A DNA stretch of 50,047 bases from a virus (taxonomy: Duplodnaviria; Caudoviricetes), in IMG/VR virus record IMGVR_UViG_3300032893_000070, positions 1 to 50,047 of that record; one strand, given 5' to 3'. How positions within the stretch are numbered: the stretch's first letter is position 1; every line of letters starts with the position of its first letter. The translations under genes and the position numbers were made by a program. The notes under the pieces are model-generated. The model was not told the DNA's origin, made no database searches, and was given only the letters and a program-made list of their open reading frames with translations. This document shows positions 35,101 through 44,542 of this stretch, piece by piece.

Positions 35101-37005
35101 GAGCGCCTGGTCGGCCCACGAGAGAGAGGCCTGCCACACCCCATCGGGTGCGGCCTTCGCATACACGATCGCCCCGTTGTAATCTCCCGAGGAGACGGTC
35201 TGGAGGTTCGTCGGGCGGTCGGTGGGAAAGAGCGATCCCTGCTTCTCGATGTTGGAAAGGCCTTCCCTCGGTACGTCCACGGAGATCCGAGCCACTTTCA
35301 TCCCGTTGGCCCGAAGCTGCCCCACCTCGCCGTAGGAGAGCATCGGGCCTTCGGAAAGCCCCTTCGCCGCCCCTTCAGGCCGAAGCCTCTCCATGTTTCC
35401 CTCGATGATGGTGAGGGAGTCACGGATCATTCGGTCGTGAGGGAACGCATCTTGGAGGGCATTCAGGTGCATGTCGTGGGACTGGATCTGTCGAAGGTCC
35501 TCCTTGCCGCCTTTCTCCTCCCACGCGGCCTGCCACTTCGCAGTCTGCGCCCGCTCCTGCTCGATGGCATCGCTCCACTGCCCGTGCGAGACCATCTCGG
35601 CCTCGGGAAGAGTGAGGTGTTCTCCAAGGAGTTCTCCGCCCCGTCCGAGGCTCGTTCGCATCCGCCACGTGTTCGGACCGTCGGAGACCATCGAAACACC
35701 GAGAGGCCTCTGGCTGTCGGAAAGGATGAAGGTATTCGCAACCTTCATCGCGGCCACCGGGTTGTCCATGAGGGCCATGGGATTCTCTCGCGAGTAGTCC
35801 AGTGCCTCGGAGTAGTTCTGCGACCAGTCCTTCGCCGTGGCCCCAAGCTGGCTCCGTGCGGCGGGATCGACGTTCCCTTTGAAGAACTGGTCTTGGAGTC
35901 GCGCAGCCTCCGGGGTGTACTCCCCCCCAGCGGTCTTCTCGAACATCTCCGCATGGGGAAGCGCCTTCCCTCCCTGTCCGAGGAGCGCCCGTCCAAAGGT
36001 CTTTCCGATCCGAGCGACCCCTTCGGCCGCTCCCTGTCCCAGCATCCCGAAAGCGGCATCCTGTGCGGCCCACTGGCCCCAAAGGAGCCCGATGCTCTTC
36101 ACCGTCTCCACGATCCCGTGAGAGGTGTCGGTAGCCCCCTCAATCGGTGCCACCCCGGGACGGGCCGCATTCACCGCCTCTGCCACTTCGCCACGGATCA
36201 CCCCGAGGGTTCCGGTCACCGCAGCTCTCGCTCCCACCTTCGCAAGAGCAGAGGCGCCCGCGGCCCCCGGGACCGCCTCTGCCACTCCCTTCATCGCAAG
36301 GAGGTCCGTCCCGTAGCCCAGAGCCGACCCGAGAAGCTGCGTGGGAGTCTGCCCACCGATGAGCGGGATGTTCGGGTTCACCGGGTGCTCGTACTTCCTC
36401 TGGAGATAAGAGGCGAGCTTCACCCCATCCTTGTCTCCCGCGATGGCTCTCGCCATGAGTTCGTCGGGAGACGCATTCTGGAAGTACTCGAAGGCGTTCA
36501 CACGCTGACCGGTCTCAGGTGTCCTTCCCTCCGCTTGAAGGAGACGAAGATCGAGGTCCGAGTACGTAGACGGGTGAACCGTTTGCCGCGCTCCCCCTGT
36601 AAAGAACCTCCCTACGCTGTCCACCGCACCCGAGAGCGCCCGTCCCGCGTTCACCACTCCACGCGTGAGAAGCCCCGTCGAGCCCATCTGCGTGTCCATG
36701 TCGTAGAGGAACCGAAGGGTCTTCCCCTGTCCCGTGGGGCTCTCGAGGACTTGACGCAGGTTCTCATACCGGGTGTCGGCAAAAGCGGGCGGATAGAGGT
36801 CTTTCACGCGCTTGAGCGCTGCGATCTTCATGTCATCCGGGGCCTGTTGCCACGCAGGACTCGATGCCGCCTTGGACGCAAAGAGCCTCATCCGCTCCCG
36901 CTGCTGGTCCTCGTAGGAGAGGTCACGAAACTTCGGGTCCATCATCTGGACAGCGAACGGGCTGGGTGCCTGCTTTCCCGGCTGCTGCGCATAGGGGTCG
37001 GACAT
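32146..37005 (-). CDS. Large internal virion / DNA ejection protein (1619 aa)
   Basis: Size, Ala/Gly-rich helical composition, and position as the last gene of the podoviral ejection block. Confidence 0.7.
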   Translation of the reverse strand: MSDPYAQQPGKQAPSPFAVQMMDPKFRDLSYEDQQRERMRLFASKAASSPAWQQAPDDMKIAALKRVKDLYPPAFADTRYENLRQVLESPTGQGKTLRFLYDMDTQMGSTGLLTRGVVNAGRALSGAVDSVGRFFTGGARQTVHPSTYSDLDLRLLQAEGRTPETGQRVNAFEYFQNASPDELMARAIAGDKDGVKLASYLQRKYEHPVNPNIPLIGGQTPTQLLGSALGYGTDLLAMKGVAEAVPGAAGASALAKVGARAAVTGTLGVIRGEVAEAVNAARPGVAPIEGATDTSHGIVETVKSIGLLWGQWAAQDAAFGMLGQGAAEGVARIGKTFGRALLGQGGKALPHAEMFEKTAGGEYTPEAARLQDQFFKGNVDPAARSQLGATAKDWSQNYSEALDYSRENPMALMDNPVAAMKVANTFILSDSQRPLGVSMVSDGPNTWRMRTSLGRGGELLGEHLTLPEAEMVSHGQWSDAIEQERAQTAKWQAAWEEKGGKEDLRQIQSHDMHLNALQDAFPHDRMIRDSLTIIEGNMERLRPEGAAKGLSEGPMLSYGEVGQLRANGMKVARISVDVPREGLSNIEKQGSLFPTDRPTNLQTVSSGDYNGAIVYAKAAPDGVWQASLSWADQALKKGAEGTREDLAFWKLRDGGYDAVEHADGSVTALYPREQIKHVTEFVNKWSREYTAPEELPTVGGASVMSPERPTMYRAPEGLGPQERAEWFMNAVAREGTGNIAKFGTDNYALSMKGYPPFQGSLDEVTDAFLLRSTTPSHLRASLESEGMSLRQEGGQYSILDTDGKVLGSGANVAQAMWEAKYRPKLLDGRFGPRNIEILPEGSRFRYSGDGVSGSLRDVYKLASQFMDVAAEEGRKTVASTGDGKLTADHDGAYTVEIPGWGIRERFASSAEAHEYLDGKYKEYDNAERLANERGFAFTYDPKRGYVLSDATGTYTVHSMDEVGKILAKTPDPRWAPGGQFDAGVTLKNSADVPKLASDVIPLGKYAGRGPLGQAISRAKSVISDWLAPARTSMARAEVEYGIKGLGQAFSKVGEGIKAASNQSYVDAQKAFSIERLYNLSNKDWIAVDKVMQALGEEDRQRTLEDLGYTEGSPKRAQIQDAASRMRTLYNASYTRTGQNPDIMLIDFARKVHDWKQANPQAYQEMELSGPDGMQQLVQRVYGGRVPEDLGFMSQYERVADVDGILKDQNAISKFIAYSHMANRWALAGENFKAFAERLAQPDVPKHVQILGQHYIDEALNGSRSEALDVLKALGKEGEGPQKIILSYLQTAAGMGAYGFKPSSALTILEHNYLLGSGFLGTEAMNRGFKMASDGGLDHLKDLFQKGVFTGKVPMYGFNEAAGGGGTLASLFNRLGKASGYFVQNGHILGRAGVYDAASWLFDKHLRAWFDRGKVGDWTQKAKAIKAFRLDPGALDQVETLLSQGDYEGAKHAYAQNMTDQIAFGFRPEDQGRALNTGILGKMFGQLTVVPMHYMAALTRLAGSGGFFDRTAALATFAKNTAAFYGANRMAGLSGGNLMPWRVVTLRGGPLWQAMVNLSSSQPGKRELQTAMKEVTALAPMGSQVTQAVEVIKQIEAGRPYAAFLTAGGFSVRPDLRAPK

Positions 37006-37015
37006 GATTCCCCCT

Positions 37016-38674
37016 TTACTTCATGGCTTGGTCGATGAGGTCATCGACGCTTGACTGCTTCTGCTGCGCCGTGGGTTGGGTGGGAGTTCCTCCCGTCCTC
37101 GGCTTGGGCGCGGGCTGCGCACCCGGGGAGGTCTGGGGATTCGGGATCTGGGGCACCGTCCCCGACTGCGCGGGTCTCGTCTCGGGAAGAAAGGGGATGC
37201 CTGCGAAGTACTGAGCCTTGAGCTGGATCTCTGCTGTCGGGATGTCGCTGTAGCCAAGGGCATTTCCCCAGAGCTTCGCCGCCACCGAGAGCGCGGAGGA
37301 CAATCCGCTGTTCGTTCGGATCATCTCCTGCCCGAGGTAGTCGTTCACCTCTTCCTCACTCGCACCCTTGTGGTCCTTGAGGTACTGGTCCCGAACCTTG
37401 TCCGCCACCGCGTCGTAGTTCTTCACCGCCGCCAGGGCGGCGTTGTACGCGTTGAGTTCTTCCTGCGCCTGCTTGTTCTTCCCGTTGGCCGCCTCGATCT
37501 GAAGCCTCTGGACCGCCGTAGCATACTTCAGTTGATCCCCGAAAGCCTGCGTGGCCACGGCCATGTTCCGCTGGTTGGTTGCGCGGTCCTGTGCTTGGAC
37601 GCGGGCGAGTGCCGCCTGGAGTCGGTTGTCGTTTGCCACGAAGGTGTCGTAGGCCGTCGTGTCCTTGTCGTTGAAGATGTTCGCCGTCTTGATGAACTCG
37701 GCAAACTGCGGGTTCTGCATCGCCTCGTTGAGCTGGTCGGCCCCGCGCTGAAGCGCCTCTTGAGTCCCTCCCGCATCCAGAAACGCCTGGGTCCTTCCAT
37801 TCTTCAACACCTGAATCGTGGGCTTCACCGCCTGATCGATCGCGCGGTTCTCCTTCGGGGTGACCGCCGTCGAGGGATCGACATTCCCCATCGCGATCCC
37901 CGCGATCTTCGACAGGCCCGAGTTGGCCGCCTGCGTTACCGCGTTGTTTGCCAGCCCCTTCGTCATCTCGGTAATCGAAACCGAGGCACCCGGTCCCGTG
38001 GGAGCCAGCGCGATTCCCTGCTTTCCCTCGATCGCATCGGGAAGTCTCTGGAACGCTACTCCGGGAGCAGCACTCGGAGCAGGAGCAGCCGGAGCCATCC
38101 CCGGCGAGGGGTTGGCCGCTGTGCCCGAGGGAAACGGCATCCGGGGGGCGCTCATCGCGGGATTGGGCGGAAGCGCCGGGTTCGCAGGCTGGGGCGTCGG
38201 GGCTGCGGCCGCAGGAGACCCTCCGGGAGCCGTTCCGATGAGCCCCTGGGAGAGCATCTGGGAAGCTGACATCTTGTTCAGTGCCGCAGCCCCTCCCTCG
38301 TACATCGTCCGCGCGAGGTCCTTGTCCCCTCCCGCGAGAAAGCCGAAAAGCTGCGTCCACTCGGCCTTCCGATCCACGTAGCTCATCGCGCCGTTCTCGG
38401 TGAGATCCTTCTGGAGATCATTCGCAAGAAGGCTCATCTTCAGCCGGTCGCTCTCGGTCTGGGCGTTCTTCGCCTGAGTGTTCGCCTCCTGCTGGGCAAC
38501 CCCAATCTTCTGCTGCTCCAAGCCAAGCTGCTTCTGCTGAATGTAATTCGTTGCCGCGTCCTGCACGCCCTTTTGGAAAATTGCTGCCTGCCGCGTGGCG
38601 TTGTCCGCCGCTTGGATCTGTACCTCCGCAGGTGCCGGTCCCACAAACTGAGGCTGGGGAATACGGGTTACCAT
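37016..38674 (-). CDS. Internal virion / ejection protein
   Basis: Q/A/P-rich with coiled coils; second gene of the ejection triad. Confidence 0.65.
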   Translation of the reverse strand: MVTRIPQPQFVGPAPAEVQIQAADNATRQAAIFQKGVQDAATNYIQQKQLGLEQQKIGVAQQEANTQAKNAQTESDRLKMSLLANDLQKDLTENGAMSYVDRKAEWTQLFGFLAGGDKDLARTMYEGGAAALNKMSASQMLSQGLIGTAPGGSPAAAAPTPQPANPALPPNPAMSAPRMPFPSGTAANPSPGMAPAAPAPSAAPGVAFQRLPDAIEGKQGIALAPTGPGASVSITEMTKGLANNAVTQAANSGLSKIAGIAMGNVDPSTAVTPKENRAIDQAVKPTIQVLKNGRTQAFLDAGGTQEALQRGADQLNEAMQNPQFAEFIKTANIFNDKDTTAYDTFVANDNRLQAALARVQAQDRATNQRNMAVATQAFGDQLKYATAVQRLQIEAANGKNKQAQEELNAYNAALAAVKNYDAVADKVRDQYLKDHKGASEEEVNDYLGQEMIRTNSGLSSALSVAAKLWGNALGYSDIPTAEIQLKAQYFAGIPFLPETRPAQSGTVPQIPNPQTSPGAQPAPKPRTGGTPTQPTAQQKQSSVDDLIDQAMK

Positions 38675-38683
38675 TTCATTCTC

Positions 38684-39400
38684 CTATGCGAACGTGGCAA
38701 GAGCCGCCGCATCACCCAGAGCACTCGTTCCGCCTGCGGCCGTCGCCGCACCCTTTCCCGCGCCCCCAAGGCCCAGCGCGTTTGCGATCTGACTTCCCCC
38801 TCCTGCGATCGAGGGGGAGAGAAGCGACCCTCCAAGCTGGGTCCCGAGAGCCGTGCCGGTCTGCTTTCCCTGCTGGGAGGCGGTGTAGGCGGGGTTGGTG
38901 TAGTACGTGGGTGCCACGAGGCCTGAGGCGTGCTCCATGTAGTTTCCCGCCTGGTTGAGCCCGGTGTTGTACGCCGAACTTGAAATGTTCATGAGGTTCC
39001 CGAGGGCGGAGCTTCCCGCCTGGAGCTGCCCCTGCTGAAGCTGCGCCTGCGCCTGTGCGAAGGGGTTGGCAATCGCCTGCCCGAAGGCCTGGGCAGCCGC
39101 GCCCGAACCGAGCCCTCCTTGGTTTGCAAAGTTCGACGCAACGGAGTTCAAGGCGTTGTTTGCCTGATAGTTCGCAAGGCCCGAGAGCGTCTGCTGAAGC
39201 GGCCCCGACAGCCCTGCCACCTGTCCGAGGACCGGGTTGACGTTGGAGTTGTAGGTCCCAAGCGGTCCACCCGTGACCGCGCCACCTGTGCCGTAGAGGG
39301 CGTTTCCAATCGAAGCGCTCGCCCCCGAGGGATCCACGAAGCCGTAGTTCTGTGCCCCGCTCTGGCCCGAAACTGTCGATATAGGGTTTGGTGTAGACAT
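38684..39400 (-). CDS. DNA transfer/pilot protein (P22 gp7-like composition)
   Basis: G/A/Q/S-rich, 'GGLGSGAAAQA', with a hydrophobic Gly-rich C-terminus. Confidence 0.6.
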   Translation of the reverse strand: MSTPNPISTVSGQSGAQNYGFVDPSGASASIGNALYGTGGAVTGGPLGTYNSNVNPVLGQVAGLSGPLQQTLSGLANYQANNALNSVASNFANQGGLGSGAAAQAFGQAIANPFAQAQAQLQQGQLQAGSSALGNLMNISSSAYNTGLNQAGNYMEHASGLVAPTYYTNPAYTASQQGKQTGTALGTQLGGSLLSPSIAGGGSQIANALGLGGAGKGAATAAGGTSALGDAAALATFA

Positions 39401-39403
39401 CTC

Positions 39404-39832
39404 TTACCTCCACACTCCGCACGGTATCATCACGCCCGAGAGGTTACGCTCCACGCACCCGCGAAGGATCATCCCCGCCGATCGTGCGAGCAACCTTGCC
39501 CCTCTCATTCTGTTAGGGATGATACAGCAAATCGGCCTTCGGTCAAAGGACTTCGCCGACACCTCGATGAGTTCATTCAGCATCTCGTTCGTATGGCGAA
39601 AGGCCGACGGCCCTAGCACGATCGGGTGAATCTCAAGGTAGTCGTGGTAGGCCTCAAGCCTCACCACCATCCCCTCGCCCCGAAAGACCTTCTCGCTTCG
39701 AAAGAGGACGCTTCGAAAGTGCTCTTTCGAGTATCCATCTCCAATCGAGTAGAAGCTTCCGCAGTGCTTCACCCGCTCCCACAGCTCATCGACCAAGCCG
39801 TCATCGACTGCGATCTCACTAAGGTAGTGCAT
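39404..39832 (-). CDS. GNAT-like tail/core assembly protein
   Basis: 'EIHP', 'IP...GARLLARSAGM..RG' pattern, in the typical position between tail tube and ejection genes. Confidence 0.55.
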   Translation of the reverse strand: MHYLSEIAVDDGLVDELWERVKHCGSFYSIGDGYSKEHFRSVLFRSEKVFRGEGMVVRLEAYHDYLEIHPIVLGPSAFRHTNEMLNELIEVSAKSFDRRPICCIIPNRMRGARLLARSAGMILRGCVERNLSGVMIPCGVWR

Positions 39833-41750
39833 GCTGCTGTCTCGCCGACACTTGGGTTCCCCTCACGCTTGCCAACCGCGTCGCCTCCACGATGTAGTAC
39901 GGGGTCACCGCTGTCACCGAGGAGAACATGAAGCGGATATGGGGGCCGGTCGCTCGAAAGTTCACCCACCCCTCGGTCTCACCTTGGCGCACGGTGAGGT
40001 TCCCGACACTCCTCCACGTCTGACCGAGATCGAGTGAGATGGAAACCGCGATCACGATGTTCGAAGCCGGTGCGGTGTCCCATGCGATCTTCAAGCGAAG
40101 CATCCGCCAGAACTTCACCATCCCGGGGGCGCCCTCGTCGTAGTCCTGGGTTTGGACCGAGATGACGTTGGCCGTCCCATCGGGGTTCGTGGCGTTCTCT
40201 GCTCCCAGGTACGCCCACAGCGCCCCGCTCTGTTCCATGTAGATCCCACGGGCTTGAACCGCCTGATTGGAAAAGTTCACGAGCATGAGAGTCGAGCTTC
40301 CAAGAAGAGCCATCGCATTCCCGGTTACCGTGTAGATGCTCTGGGCGGAAAGGGACTGCGTGAGAAACGGGTCCCCGAGCATCCATGTCTTCCTCGGCTC
40401 ATAGGCCCATTCGTGGGTCTCCCAATCGTAGTCGTAGATGTTCTCGATGTAGGTATTGGATCGAGGGAACCCAAAACGGACACGACGCGTCTGCCAGTCC
40501 ACGACGGTCTGAATACGCTCGGGGTTCTGGCACTTCTGCACGCTATCCCGTACGATCTTCGACCCAACCGGTTGGAGGGTAAGAGAAGAGGCGGAGAGGA
40601 AGTAGATGTTATCCTGCCCGACGAAGAAGTGCCCCGAGATGTTCAATCCCCAGAGGTTCTGCTCATCGCGCGGGAGTACCACCGAGGCCACTGCCCTCGG
40701 CCCCGCAATCCCGATCCCTCCCGACGGTACCTGCTGGAACGCAAGGGGAAGGTTCGGCGTGTTGCTCGCCGTCCCCACGATGAGCGCATCATCGAGATAG
40801 GCGATCGCCGTGGCCCCCATCGGGACCATCCTTCTCACCGCCCCCGAGAACGCGCTCCCTTGGCCCAAAAGATTGATGTACGCCGTGGGGTCGGAGAAGT
40901 CCGTTAGGTCCGTGGCCTTGCTCCACCGAACGACCTGACGAGATTCTCCGTTCGTCCCGTCGTTGAGATGCGCCGCGAAGATCCTTCCCAGGAAGTACAT
41001 CACGCACTCGGCGGTGAATCCTCCCGTGGACGGCTGCTTCGCGGTGGCCGCCGTAAGGTTTGTGATCGCCGCCGTCGCCGGGTTGATGTAGATGAGTTGG
41101 TTGTTGTACGTGGCCACGACCAGCATCGGCCCGAGGGTAACGTCCGTCGCGTTACATGCATCGACCATCCACGGGTTTCCCGCGTGCATTCCCCGCGTGA
41201 TGCTGTAGGTCTTGTTCGACTGCGAGCCTGCCGACGATGCCAACGTGATCGAGCTGTCACTGTTCACCGAGGCGATCGTGTAGATGACGCTGTTCACCGT
41301 GAGGGTGTCACCTGCAAGGATTCCAAGGGTCTTCCACAACGGCGTCGATCCCGAGTGCGGCGTTACCGCCGTCCCGCTCGTGTCGATGTTTCCTACCGCG
41401 TAGCTCCACGTCTGCTGGGTGTAGCCGGCGAGAGAGAGGAGAAAGATGTAGTTCTCCGTGAACAGATACGGGTACTGGATTCCGTTCGTTCCCCACGTTC
41501 CCACGAGGAGAAGCGGGTTGTCCGCCGGGCTCCACGTGGCCCCTCCGAACGACGAGACATACGTCGAGTTTCGATACAGTCCCCTCGGCCGGATCGTCAC
41601 CCCCTGCGCGTCAAGGAGGCTCCCGGGCTTGAGATTGAGTGGTGAGTCCATCCAGTCGATCCCAAGGAACGGCCGTGTCACGAGTGCCTGAGGAGTCGGC
41701 AATCCCATCGAGAAGAATGGAGCGGGTGCGCCCGGTTTCGGTCCTGCCAT
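39819..41750 (-). CDS. Tail nozzle / packaged-DNA stabilization protein (P22 gp10 / T7 gp12-like beta-propeller)
   Basis: 'GRIFAA', 'VRWS...D.TDF', 'GIGIAGP', 'FFVGQDNIY' and 'YDYDWET.EW'. Confidence 0.75.
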   Translation of the reverse strand: MAGPKPGAPAPFFSMGLPTPQALVTRPFLGIDWMDSPLNLKPGSLLDAQGVTIRPRGLYRNSTYVSSFGGATWSPADNPLLLVGTWGTNGIQYPYLFTENYIFLLSLAGYTQQTWSYAVGNIDTSGTAVTPHSGSTPLWKTLGILAGDTLTVNSVIYTIASVNSDSSITLASSAGSQSNKTYSITRGMHAGNPWMVDACNATDVTLGPMLVVATYNNQLIYINPATAAITNLTAATAKQPSTGGFTAECVMYFLGRIFAAHLNDGTNGESRQVVRWSKATDLTDFSDPTAYINLLGQGSAFSGAVRRMVPMGATAIAYLDDALIVGTASNTPNLPLAFQQVPSGGIGIAGPRAVASVVLPRDEQNLWGLNISGHFFVGQDNIYFLSASSLTLQPVGSKIVRDSVQKCQNPERIQTVVDWQTRRVRFGFPRSNTYIENIYDYDWETHEWAYEPRKTWMLGDPFLTQSLSAQSIYTVTGNAMALLGSSTLMLVNFSNQAVQARGIYMEQSGALWAYLGAENATNPDGTANVISVQTQDYDEGAPGMVKFWRMLRLKIAWDTAPASNIVIAVSISLDLGQTWRSVGNLTVRQGETEGWVNFRATGPHIRFMFSSVTAVTPYYIVEATRLASVRGTQVSARQQHALP

Positions 41751-42071
41751 TTAGTTACCCGCCGCCTTCCATGCCGCTTTCCATGCCTGGATGAATGTAG
41801 CCCCGAAGGCTGTCGCGTTCGCCGGCACCGCCACAAGGTTATTGATCGCTTGGAGGGTCATCTGGGCAAGTGTCGCGTTGGCCTGCGCCACGGGGTCCGG
41901 CGGCGGGGCCACAGGAACGGGCTCGGTCTGTGTTACCCCGCCCTGCGAGAGCCACGCTTGCACCTGCGCCATGAGAGGGTCGGAGGGGAGAACCTGATAT
42001 GGAAGACCGTTGAAAGTGACTACGTAGGAGCCGTCCGCGCGGGCGTAGACCGGTTGGGTGAAGTCGATCAT
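41751..42071 (-). CDS. Tail fiber assembly chaperone-like protein
   Basis: Start MIDFTQP (SD GGAGG); 'RADGSYVV..NGLPYQV...VQAWL' directly after a fiber gene. Confidence 0.55.
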   Translation of the reverse strand: MIDFTQPVYARADGSYVVTFNGLPYQVLPSDPLMAQVQAWLSQGGVTQTEPVPVAPPPDPVAQANATLAQMTLQAINNLVAVPANATAFGATFIQAWKAAWKAAGN

Positions 42072-42670
42072 GCGATCCTCCAAGCAAGAGCGACACCGGT
42101 GTTCGATGGGGAGGCCGCCTGGATTTGCGTCCCACCCGCCGCGATACCAGCGTTCCATCCCCCCGAGGTCCCCGTGCTCAAGTTGGAAATCCATGAAAAG
42201 TAAGCCCACGTTCCTCCGGCGGGAAGGTTCAACGCGGTATTGGGGGCGCCTCCGTTGAAGACCTCCCACTGCCCCACTCCCGAAGCCGACTGCGGAAGGG
42301 GGGCCTTCGTCGACGGATCCACGTAGGGCGCTTTCCACTGGTAGGAAAGGCTATTGTACGCGGTGCTCCCATCCCCGATCTTGAAGTACTTCGTGTCCGT
42401 CTCGTAGCCGATCTGACCCTTCAGGAGTACGGGGTTGGAACTTGCAAGGTTCGCTGCCGTGTCACAGACCGCATTCGTGAGACCCGTCCCCGTTCCCGAG
42501 AACGTTCCCGAAGCCTTCATAAGCCATGGAGAAGAAAGCGTCAGCGTCGGCGGGTTCGTGACATTCGGGTCGTCGAACTGAAACGCCTTGAACGGAAAGA
42601 ACTGCTTCTGGTACTGCTGGCTCTGGTCCTGGGGGTTGGTCTGGGGGAAGTTCGGCGAGTCACCGGGCAT
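42068..42670 (-). CDS. Short tail fiber with Mtd-N/hyaluronidase-like domain
   Basis: 'NPVLLKGQIGYETDT.YFKIGDG.TAYNSL.Y'; C-terminal 'LPAGGTWAY...WRIA'. Confidence 0.8.
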   Translation of the reverse strand: MPGDSPNFPQTNPQDQSQQYQKQFFPFKAFQFDDPNVTNPPTLTLSSPWLMKASGTFSGTGTGLTNAVCDTAANLASSNPVLLKGQIGYETDTKYFKIGDGSTAYNSLSYQWKAPYVDPSTKAPLPQSASGVGQWEVFNGGAPNTALNLPAGGTWAYFSWISNLSTGTSGGWNAGIAAGGTQIQAASPSNTGVALAWRIA

Positions 42671-42673
42671 CTT

Positions 42674-43678
42674 CTACCGGTCCTCTTCGATCCAAAGGCT
42701 GGGGAAGTCGTACTCAAACCGAAGCGCCCCGTCTTGGATCGCCGTCTGCATGTCGCTTTCGAACTCTTTTCTCAGGGCGTACGCCCCGTCCCACTCACGA
42801 TCCCGGAGCATCCCGGTCTTCGTGGCCCACTTCACGATCATCTCGGAGAACTGATCCGGGACAAGCGGCAACTGACTCGTGGTCAATAGCGCCTCACTCA
42901 ACCCGTAGTAATGAAGCTCGAAGACCATCGAGTTGACCGGAGCCACGTCGAACTCGATCCCCCCGCCGATCCCCGACGCATACCACCCGCCCGCAGGGGT
43001 CTCAAGGTCCCAGAACATCGCCGGGTACAGGTTCGTCAAAACTTGCTTGTAGAGGGGAGTTCGCTCGTCATACCTCCGTATGTCCTTCTGCATCTGCACG
43101 TCGTAGATCCACAGAGCCGATGCAAAATCCTCCTTCGGATCGACAGGGATGAACTCATTCGTGTGGTAGCCCGTTCCCGAGTTGAGCGAACAGGCCCACC
43201 ACTTCTTATAGATGTTCACGGTGGTCCCCACCGTCGGCGTGGAAAGAAGGTTGTCCGCAAGCGTCAGGACCGGAGATGTGGAGTTGTCACTCGCGATGAC
43301 GAGGTGCTGCTCCGAGCCCTGAGAGCTTGCGTTGGCCGCGCCGATGTCCACGATCCAGTTGACGTACTTGTTGGTCATCGCGATGAGCCCCGTGATCGCC
43401 ACCTGGTTCGTTCCCGGGACCGACGCCACCGTTCCCGTCACGACCGAGTTCTGGAAGAAGCTCCGGCGCTCCAGCGATCGAAACCGTACGAATGTCCCGT
43501 CGGAAAGTTGAGTTGAGCATACCTTCCGATACGCACGACCAAGCCATTTGAGAATCTTTTGTGCCCCTGCTGTCGTGAGATCTACTGTACCGTAGGTAGC
43601 TCCATACGGATACAAGTCCGTGCTCTCTCCAAGATTTTCGTAGACCTCAGTTATCATGTCTCCGACGCTGTACGACAT
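42674..43678 (-). CDS. Head-tail adaptor / tail tubular protein A-like
   Basis: 'MITEVYENLG', 'KWLGRAYRKV' and 'PLVPDQFSEMIVKWA' adaptor pattern. Confidence 0.65.
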   Translation of the reverse strand: MSYSVGDMITEVYENLGESTDLYPYGATYGTVDLTTAGAQKILKWLGRAYRKVCSTQLSDGTFVRFRSLERRSFFQNSVVTGTVASVPGTNQVAITGLIAMTNKYVNWIVDIGAANASSQGSEQHLVIASDNSTSPVLTLADNLLSTPTVGTTVNIYKKWWACSLNSGTGYHTNEFIPVDPKEDFASALWIYDVQMQKDIRRYDERTPLYKQVLTNLYPAMFWDLETPAGGWYASGIGGGIEFDVAPVNSMVFELHYYGLSEALLTTSQLPLVPDQFSEMIVKWATKTGMLRDREWDGAYALRKEFESDMQTAIQDGALRFEYDFPSLWIEEDR

Positions 43679-44157
43679 TACAGTAGCCCTGCCATTTTGT
43701 TCGTGTACGCGAACTCTCCAAAGACTTCTATCGCTGCCTCATCATAGGCCCTTGCAGCTTCTTCTTCATCCTTGTAGGAACCCAAGCCTACGAACCTACC
43801 ATCCTTTCGATAGTAGGCCAGCCATCGGTTTCTCGACCTTCTCCAGCTTACTCCTTTGAACTTGGAAGAGCATCCCTCACGGAATCTTCTGGTATTGGCT
43901 GTGTTCTGTGATGCAGTACAAATACGGAGATTTTCCCTTCGATTATCAAGTCCGTCTCCATTGATATGGTCCACAGAATCTTTTCTTGAAGGGTTCAAGA
44001 TCAATCTGTGCATGGAAACAGAGTGGCCGTCTATCCAAGAGAAGGCGTAGAATGCCTTGTGGTTGGGGCGACAATTCCACTTGAAGTGGGACAACCATTC
44101 GAAGTCCGCATCGTCTACGAGAGCAACCTTGCCTCGGGTCAGGGGTATCTCTTTCAT
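43678..44157 (-). CDS. HNH-AP2 domain endonuclease
   Basis: 'MHRLIL...VDHINGDGLDNRRENLR' plus AP2 'SKFKGVSW...LGSY..EEEAARAYD'; AT-richer than its flanks. Confidence 0.93.
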   Translation of the reverse strand: MKEIPLTRGKVALVDDADFEWLSHFKWNCRPNHKAFYAFSWIDGHSVSMHRLILNPSRKDSVDHINGDGLDNRRENLRICTASQNTANTRRFREGCSSKFKGVSWRRSRNRWLAYYRKDGRFVGLGSYKDEEEAARAYDEAAIEVFGEFAYTNKMAGLL

Positions 44158-44284
44158 TTCTCGTCTCTCTTCCAGCGGTCAAACGGCGGGTGCCCTGCGT
44201 AGTCGTGATGCTTGTCCTGGTAGTCGATGAGATCCCGAAGAATCCACGCGAGCACCGCCACGGCTACCATTTCCAGCCACACCC

Positions 44285-44473
44285 TTATCCGCGACGTTTC
44301 TTCTTCCTTTTTCCCTGCCCGCTCTCGGAAAGCGAGATGGCTACCGCCTGTTTCCGCGAGGTGACCTTCTGCCCACTGGAGGACTTGAGGGTTCCGTGGG
44401 CAAACTTGTGCATCTCTTCTCGCACTCGCTCTCTCTTGGCCTTCTTGCTGGCAGACTTACCGAGTCTCGGCAT
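44285..44473 (-). CDS. DUF6496-like small basic protein
   Basis: 'MHKF..GTLKSSSGQKVTSRKQAVAISLSE'. Confidence 0.75.
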   Translation of the reverse strand: MPRLGKSASKKAKRERVREEMHKFAHGTLKSSSGQKVTSRKQAVAISLSESGQGKRKKKRRG

Positions 44474-44542
44474 GTCACTTCTTCCCGCTCATCGGAGGCT
44501 TGGGCATCGGCTTCTTCCCCCCGCATTTCTTTGCTCCCACCA

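Noticed and set aside
34732-37038. 768-aa plus-strand ORF, and similar long ORFs at 6107-7309, 37076-38269 and 504-1523
   Set aside because: These are antisense shadows of real high-GC3 genes with no recognisable motifs.
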